NCBI GenBank assembly: GCA_037141075.1
Contig: JBAXDG010000001.1
Coordinates: forward strand, 1,811-65,810
From: Kiritimatiellales bacterium
GTDB taxonomy: Bacteria; Verrucomicrobiota; Kiritimatiellia; Kiritimatiellales; Tichowtungiaceae
Length of the DNA stretch: 64,000 nt
Reading direction: 5' to 3'
Position 1 is the first letter of the stretch; every line of letters starts with the position of its first letter. The notes beneath the pieces were generated by a model. The model was not told where the DNA came from. It made no database searches and saw only the letters and a program-made list of their open reading frames with translations. Positions 58,695-64,000 of the stretch are shown here, piece after piece. The position numbers and the translations under genes were made by a program.

Positions 58695-59084
58695 CTATTT
58701 GATCCGGAATCCGGTTCCGGTAAAGAGGGCGATCAGTTGATCCGTCTGTTCGTTGCGGATTTCGATCTCGTAGATGGAGATTGTTTTCCGTCGGCTGGCT
58801 TCACGTATGTGAGCGATCAGGACGTCTCCGGGTTGTGCCGGAGAAATAAAAGCGATGTTTGTTTGAAGTCCGGTGGAAGTGCGGCCGTCCGTGTTTGAGG
58901 CAATCGCGAAGGCGTAGTCTGCCAGCGTGAAGATCACTCCGCCCTGAGCAACGCCCAGTCCGTTGAGATGTTTTTCGGCCACGGTCAGCCGGGCCGTCCA
59001 GTGTCCGTCTTTGCAGAGAACCCGTTCGATCCCGATGGTTTCGGCGAAGCGGTCGTTTTTCAGATGTTCTGCCAATTCATTCAT
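58695..59084 (-). CDS. PaaI-family thioesterase (hotdog fold)
   Basis: HLNGLGVAQGGVIFTLADYAFAIASN. Confidence 0.92.
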   Translation of the reverse strand: MNELAEHLKNDRFAETIGIERVLCKDGHWTARLTVAEKHLNGLGVAQGGVIFTLADYAFAIASNTDGRTSTGLQTNIAFISPAQPGDVLIAHIREASRRKTISIYEIEIRNEQTDQLIALFTGTGFRIK

Positions 59085-59148
59085 ACGGGGAATCTAACGC
59101 AGCTTTGCAGAAAAAGGAATTTCCAATCATTGAAACTCGTGGCGGATT

Positions 59149-59850
59149 TTATAACCGGCCGTGGAGATAGGCGAGGCGTTTGGGTTCGGGGAAACGCTCG
59201 ATGGCGTAGCGGAGCATTGTGCGCGGCATTTGTTTGTAACGCGGAAGCAGGAATTCTTCTTCAACTTTCAAATCGCGTTTGCCGACTTCGCGGAGCATCC
59301 AGCCGACGGCTTTGTGCATCAGGTCTTCTTTGTCATTCAGCAGAATGTCGGCGATGGCGAGCGTGTCGTCGAACTGATTCCTGCGGATGAAATGAAAGGT
59401 GGCGATGATGGCGATGCGCCGTTCCCAGAGGCTTTTGGATTTCGCCAGTTTGTAAAGCGGTTGGCGGGTTCGTTTGAAGAGATGTGCGCCGACAATGTCC
59501 GCAGCAGAGCCGTCTACCAGATCCCAGTTGTTGATGCGGTGCGTGTTGGCGAGATGGGCGCGGTAAATGGCGGTCTGATTCTCTCTGCGTTTGTACTGAA
59601 GAACCATAATCAGCAGGGCCAGCATTCGCACTTCGTGGAGCGGAGACTGCAACAGTTCGATAATATCATCCAGCGTGATGTCGCAGTGTTCTTTGGCGAG
59701 CTGGTGCAGAACGGGAACGCGGATGCCGAGGAACAGATCGCCTTCGCCGTACTGTCCGGGGCCGGTTTTGAAAAACCGCATGGCGTGTTCGGCGGCGGGT
59801 TTATTTCCCATCGCCTTCAGCTGTTTTATGATCTTTTCTGCCACAGGCAT
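59149..59850 (-). CDS. DNA alkylation repair protein (AlkD-like)
   Basis: FFKTGPGQYGEGDLFLGIRVP, INNWDLVD, SLWERRIAI, HKAVGWMLREVGKR, MPRTMLRYAIE. Confidence 0.9.
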   Translation of the reverse strand: MPVAEKIIKQLKAMGNKPAAEHAMRFFKTGPGQYGEGDLFLGIRVPVLHQLAKEHCDITLDDIIELLQSPLHEVRMLALLIMVLQYKRRENQTAIYRAHLANTHRINNWDLVDGSAADIVGAHLFKRTRQPLYKLAKSKSLWERRIAIIATFHFIRRNQFDDTLAIADILLNDKEDLMHKAVGWMLREVGKRDLKVEEEFLLPRYKQMPRTMLRYAIERFPEPKRLAYLHGRL

Positions 59851-59861
59851 AAACAATTTTT

Positions 59862-59985
59862 ACCACAGAGTTCTCAGAGGCACAGAGAATTACAGCCACG
59901 CAAAAAGATAGGAAGCGATCTCGAATGTTAGAGGCATCTTCTTCCAGCCATTAGAAACCCTCTGTGTCTCCGTGGCCTCTGTGGT
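59862..59985. repeat. Empty 9-mer-periodic hairpin between argS and the alkD-like gene
   Basis: ACCACAGAG TTCTCAGAG GCACAGAG ... CTCTGTGT CTCCGTGGC CTCTGTGGT. Confidence 0.75.
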
Positions 59986-59991
59986 GAAAAT

Positions 59992-61725
59992 CTAGATTCG
60001 TTCCGGCGTTTCGATACCGAGAAGAGCGAGGCCATTTTTCAGAATCGCGGCGGTGAGGGCGCAGAGGCGGATGCGGCTTTCGCGCGGGCCTTCATCGGCT
60101 TTGAGGAACGGGACGTTCTGGTAGAACGAGCTGTAGGTCTGCGAGAGATCGAAGAGATAGTCGGCCATAACGCTGGGTCGGTCGAGGCTGGCGGCGGAAA
60201 CGACAGCCGCCGGGAAGCGGGTCAGTTTGAGCGCGAGGCGGCGTTCGATTTCTTCGGTGAGGACAATCGGATAGTCGTCGGGGTTTTTGTCGGGGAACTG
60301 CGCGGCATATTTATCACGGACACTGGCGATACGAGCGTAGGCATATTGCAAATACGGCGCGGAATTGCCGTCCATGGCGAGCGCTTTTTCCCAGGTGAAT
60401 GTGACGAGGCTCTGCGGGTTTTGGCTGAGGTCGGTGTATTTGATGGCGCCGATGCCGACGGCGCGGGCGATTTCGCGCTGCTGCGCTTCGTCCATGCCGG
60501 GGCTGGAGGCTTTAACGACTTCGAGCGCGCGGGCTTCCGCTTCGTTGAGCAGGGCTTCGAGTTTGATTACGTTGCCTTCGCGGGTGGAGAAGGTGGCTTC
60601 GGGCAGGCGCATGAGGCCGAACCAGACGTGGGTCAGTTTGGTCGGCACACCGATTTTTTTGCAGATGTGGAAGAACTGTTTGAAGTGGAGCTGCTGACGT
60701 TCGTCGGTGACGTAGATGATTTCCGAAGGTTGGAATTCTTCGGTGCGCGAAATGACGGTGGCGATGTCAGTAGTGGTGTAGTTGTAACCGCCGTCGCTTT
60801 TGCGGACGATGGCGACGTTGAGTCCGTCGGCCTCGAGATCACAAACGAGTGCGCCGTCGCTTACACTGGCGAGGCCTTCTTTTTTCAGCCGCTCGACAGT
60901 TCCGGCGAGCTGGTCGTTATAAAAACTTTCGCCGCGGTAGAGATCGAAGGAAACGCCGAGCCGTTTATAGATGCGGTTGAATTCGCTGAGCGTGAGTTCA
61001 ACAAACTTTTCCCAGAGCGCGCGGTTCTCCTTGTCGCCCTGCTGGAGTTTGACGAGTTCAGCCTTGGCGCGGTCGCGCCAGGGTTCGTCCGCTTTGGAGA
61101 GGTTGTAGCTTTTAACGTAGATGCGTTCGAGCTCTTCGACCGGCGCGGTTTTAAGCGCTTCGGCATCGGCGAACTCGCGGTAGCCGAGAATGATGAGACC
61201 GAACTGCGTGCCCCAGTCGCCGAGATGGTTGTCGGCGATGACGTTGTAGCCGAGAGCGCGGTAGAGGCGGTCGAGGGCGTTGCCGATGACGGTGGAGCGG
61301 ATGTGACCGATATGCATCGGCTTGGCGACGTTGGGGCTGGAGTAATCGATGATGACCGTCTGATTTTTTCCGAGGTTTGGAAGACCGAGTTTTTTATCGG
61401 ACTGCATGGCCGTGAGCTGGTCGGCCAGCGCGGCGGTTTTGAGATAGATGTTGATAAAGCCGGGGCCGGCGATTTCAATCTTCTCGACGAAGTCAGGAAG
61501 CTCAGCCTTTTCTTTGAACTGCTGGGCGACGGCGCGCGGATTGGTTTTCAGCTCCTTGGCGAGTTTCATCGCGGCTTCGCACTGGCAGTCTCCGAATTCT
61601 TCGTTTCGCGACGGAATGACGGCGAGCGGAACGGCACTTAAGTCTACGCCGGGGAAGCAGGCGGCGAAGGTCTCCGCGCACCATGCGGAGAGCTGTGTTT
61701 CCAGAGAGATAGGTTCTTTTTTCAT
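59992..61725 (-). CDS. argS: Arginyl-tRNA synthetase
   Basis: AGPGFINI, DYSSPNVAKPMHIGHIRST, NHLGDWGTQFG, GNSAPYLQYAYARI. Confidence 0.98.
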   Translation of the reverse strand: MKKEPISLETQLSAWCAETFAACFPGVDLSAVPLAVIPSRNEEFGDCQCEAAMKLAKELKTNPRAVAQQFKEKAELPDFVEKIEIAGPGFINIYLKTAALADQLTAMQSDKKLGLPNLGKNQTVIIDYSSPNVAKPMHIGHIRSTVIGNALDRLYRALGYNVIADNHLGDWGTQFGLIILGYREFADAEALKTAPVEELERIYVKSYNLSKADEPWRDRAKAELVKLQQGDKENRALWEKFVELTLSEFNRIYKRLGVSFDLYRGESFYNDQLAGTVERLKKEGLASVSDGALVCDLEADGLNVAIVRKSDGGYNYTTTDIATVISRTEEFQPSEIIYVTDERQQLHFKQFFHICKKIGVPTKLTHVWFGLMRLPEATFSTREGNVIKLEALLNEAEARALEVVKASSPGMDEAQQREIARAVGIGAIKYTDLSQNPQSLVTFTWEKALAMDGNSAPYLQYAYARIASVRDKYAAQFPDKNPDDYPIVLTEEIERRLALKLTRFPAAVVSAASLDRPSVMADYLFDLSQTYSSFYQNVPFLKADEGPRESRIRLCALTAAILKNGLALLGIETPERI

Positions 61726-61877
61726 TCTGTGTTTTCCGGGCTGAAGCAGGGCGGATAAGACCATATTTTAGAATTCAGTTAAAGCGCCTAATTAGGCTTG
61801 TATTTAGGGTGTAGAAAACTAGAGTTCCGACCGCCGCGAAAAAGAATGCGGATAGGAATTATTAAAAGGGGGATCAA

Positions 61878-62168
61878 ATGGCTATTGAAAAGAAAACGAC
61901 GAAGAAGACGGTGACGAAAGCGGTGGTTAAAAAAACCGCTGTTGCTAAACCAGCTGCTGTGAAACCTGCCGCGCCGAAGGCTGCGGCTAAGAAAGCTCCA
62001 GCCAAAGCGGCTGTTGCGAAAAAGACGGTTATTGCTCCGGAGCGTTTCTACGCGATGGTCAGCGAAGCGGCTTATTTCTCGGCTCAGAACGACGGTAATA
62101 AAAAAGGTGCTGCGGAATACTGGGTTGAAGCTGAAGCAGCTGTGCGCGCCAAGTTCAACGTGGTGTAA
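61878..62168 (+). CDS. Lys/Ala-rich histone-like N-terminus + DUF2934-like domain
   Basis: KKT/KPAA/KKAPAK repeats followed by VSEAAYFSAQNDG...YWVEAE. Confidence 0.75.
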   Translation: MAIEKKTTKKTVTKAVVKKTAVAKPAAVKPAAPKAAAKKAPAKAAVAKKTVIAPERFYAMVSEAAYFSAQNDGNKKGAAEYWVEAEAAVRAKFNVV

Positions 62169-62186
62169 ACGTTTATCGTTGAATCG

Positions 62187-62220
62187 AAAACCCCGCTCTG
62201 CAAAGGGCGGGGTTTTTGTT
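62187..62220 (+). terminator. Rho-independent terminator
   Basis: AAAACCCCGC-loop-GCGGGGTTTTTGTT after the 61878 ORF. Confidence 0.8.
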
Positions 62221-62440
62221 TGTCATTACCCAGAATCAGGGCATAAAAAATCCGGTTTTTGTCAGCCGAAGTGATGAGGTGGAGCGTGATCGCCGAGCAC
62301 GCTTCCTCCTGTGGCGGACAAGTAAAACACGCCCGGCCCTTCGATTAACTCAGGGCAGGCGGTCGCGTTTCACCCGTTATCTTCAAAAGAAGACCGCTTC
62401 TGCGCTTGAACAATTTTCCGGGCCGTGTAGGCTCTCCCGC

Positions 62441-63466
62441 ATGGCTGCAAAAACCGATAAAAAAGAAGGCGCCTCCAATCTCGAGGCAGTACTCGCTGAC
62501 ATCAAAAAACAGTACGGCGACGGCGCAATTGTGCGTCTCGGCGACGAAGCGGGTCCCCGTAAAATTCCATGTATTTCCACCGGCGCGCTGACGCTGGATA
62601 TCGCGCTCGGCATCGGCGGCGTTCCGCGCGGCCGCGTGATCGAAATCTTCGGCCCGGAATCTTCCGGTAAAACCACGCTGGTTTCCCACATCATCGCTAA
62701 TGTCCAGCGGGAAGGCGGCACGGCGGCTTTTATTGATACCGAACATGCGCTCGATCCGGGCTATGCGCAGAAGATCGGCGTGAACCTGAACGACCTGCTG
62801 GTTTCGCAACCCGACTCCGGCGAAGAAGCCCTCAACATCTGCGAGGCGCTGGTGAAGAGCAACTCAATCGACGTCGTGGTCGTGGACTCCGTCGCGGCGC
62901 TCGCGCCGCGCGCCGAGCTCGACGGCGAAATGGGCCAGTCGCACGTTGGATTGCAGGCGCGTTTGATGTCTCAGGCTCTGCGCAAGCTGACGTCGGCGAT
63001 TGCCCGCTCGAACTGCTGCTGTATTTTCACCAATCAGATCCGCGAAAAAGTCGGCGTGATGTTCGGCAGTCCTGAAACGACGCCCGGCGGCCGCGCGCTG
63101 AAGTTTTATTCTTCCGTGCGCCTCGACATCCGCCGTATCGGTCAGCTTAAAAACACCGACGGCTCGATCTATGGCAACCGGACCAAGGTTAAGGTGGTCA
63201 AAAACAAAGTGGCTCCGCCGTTCACCATGGCCGAGTTTGACATCCTTTACGCCGAAGGCATTTCATGGACCGGCTCGATTGTCGATGCCGGCACCGACTG
63301 TGGCATCATTGAAAAGAAAGGCTCGTGGCTTTCTTACAATGGCCAGCAGCTTGGGCAGGGCCGCGACGGCGCGCGCAAAGCGCTGATGGAAGACAAAAAG
63401 CTGGCGGACGAACTGGCCAAAAAGATCAAAGAAACCGCCAAAGCCAAAACAGACGGAAGCGAATAA
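62441..63466 (+). CDS. recA: Recombinase A
   Basis: [55 protein letters not shown]. Confidence 0.99.
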   Translation: MAAKTDKKEGASNLEAVLADIKKQYGDGAIVRLGDEAGPRKIPCISTGALTLDIALGIGGVPRGRVIEIFGPESSGKTTLVSHIIANVQREGGTAAFIDTEHALDPGYAQKIGVNLNDLLVSQPDSGEEALNICEALVKSNSIDVVVVDSVAALAPRAELDGEMGQSHVGLQARLMSQALRKLTSAIARSNCCCIFTNQIREKVGVMFGSPETTPGGRALKFYSSVRLDIRRIGQLKNTDGSIYGNRTKVKVVKNKVAPPFTMAEFDILYAEGISWTGSIVDAGTDCGIIEKKGSWLSYNGQQLGQGRDGARKALMEDKKLADELAKKIKETAKAKTDGSE

Positions 63467-63480
63467 GGCTGGAGTTTCCA

Positions 63481-64000
63481 ATGTCTGGAAAAATTCTTTT
63501 TACGTGCTTTGCGGCCTTCTGTTTGATTTTTTCCGGGTGCAAGAAGGCGACGTTTGACGGCGCGAAGGCGATGGCCGAGACCGAAGCGCTGGTGAAGATT
63601 ACTCCTCGTGATGCGGGCGGCGGCGGTGCGCGACGCGCTTCGGTCTTGCTGGAAAGCAAACTGAAGGCTCTCGGACTCAAGACAGCCATCGACACTTTTT
63701 CCGAAGAGACGCCGAGCGGGAAAATGCACTTCAACAATGTGCTGGGACGCATCCCGGGCAAGACGAGACGTCTAATTGTTCTTGCGTCGCACTTCGACAC
63801 CAAGAGCGGTATTTCCAAAGATTTTCAAGGGGCGAACGATTCCGGATCCAGTTCCGGCGTTTTGCTGGAGCTGGCGCGGGTTCTTGTTGAGCGCGGCCCG
63901 TTTGAAACGGAATTTCTGATCGCGTTTCTGGACGGCGAGGAATGCCGCAAAGAGTACGGACCGCATGACGGCCTGCACGGCAGCCGGCATCTCGCAAAGC
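63481..64000 (+). CDS. M28-family peptidase / glutaminyl-cyclase-like lipoprotein (runs off the right edge)
   Basis: Not in the ORF track; my translation gives MSGKILFTCFAAFCLIFSGC (lipobox) ... ASHFDTK, GANDSGSS, FLDGEE, DGLHGSR. Confidence 0.85.
   Translation, partial: MSGKILFTCFAAFCLIFSGCKKATFDGAKAMAETEALVKITPRDAGGGGARRASVLLESKLKALGLKTAIDTFSEETPSGKMHFNNVLGRIPGKTRRLIVLASHFDTKSGISKDFQGANDSGSSSGVLLELARVLVERGPFETEFLIAFLDGEECRKEYGPHDGLHGSRHLAK

Noticed and set aside
62216-62440. N-terminal extension of recA and a LexA box upstream
   Set aside because: Homology starts at ATG 62441; no SOS-box consensus I know could be matched with confidence.

Overview
Mostly chromosomal backbone of a moderately GC-rich bacterium; a PVC-superphylum organism (possibly Kiritimatiellota) is my impression only and is not verified. 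Housekeeping genes: carA-guaA-carB, mazG, pyrK-pyrD, galE, punA, can, dapB, thrC, trpS-scpA-scpB-pheA, an iorAB-paaK-ACT-hisC aromatic cluster, argS and recA. Accessory content: a hybrid two-component locus, a complete type II secretion-like cluster (gspD to gspM plus one extra gene), an AT-rich HEPN/Sel1-protease islet, and a RAYT-type HUH transposase between 33-bp inverted repeats. No rRNA, tRNA or CRISPR array was seen. Three layers are not explained by the gene list. (1) A 15-bp spaced palindrome, TTCCAA-N3-TTGGAA, occurs 8 times perfectly and at least 17 times with one mismatch, mostly written into housekeeping coding sequence. (2) Four divergent four-helix-bundle genes each sit between co-oriented operon genes and are bracketed by complementary arms of 7-8-nt periodic repeats; empty hairpin versions of the same arms occur elsewhere. 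(3) These repeats and an 87-bp REP-like palindrome make up the cleavable leader peptides of four consecutive pseudopilins. All motif counts and coordinates come from manual reading and need computational confirmation.
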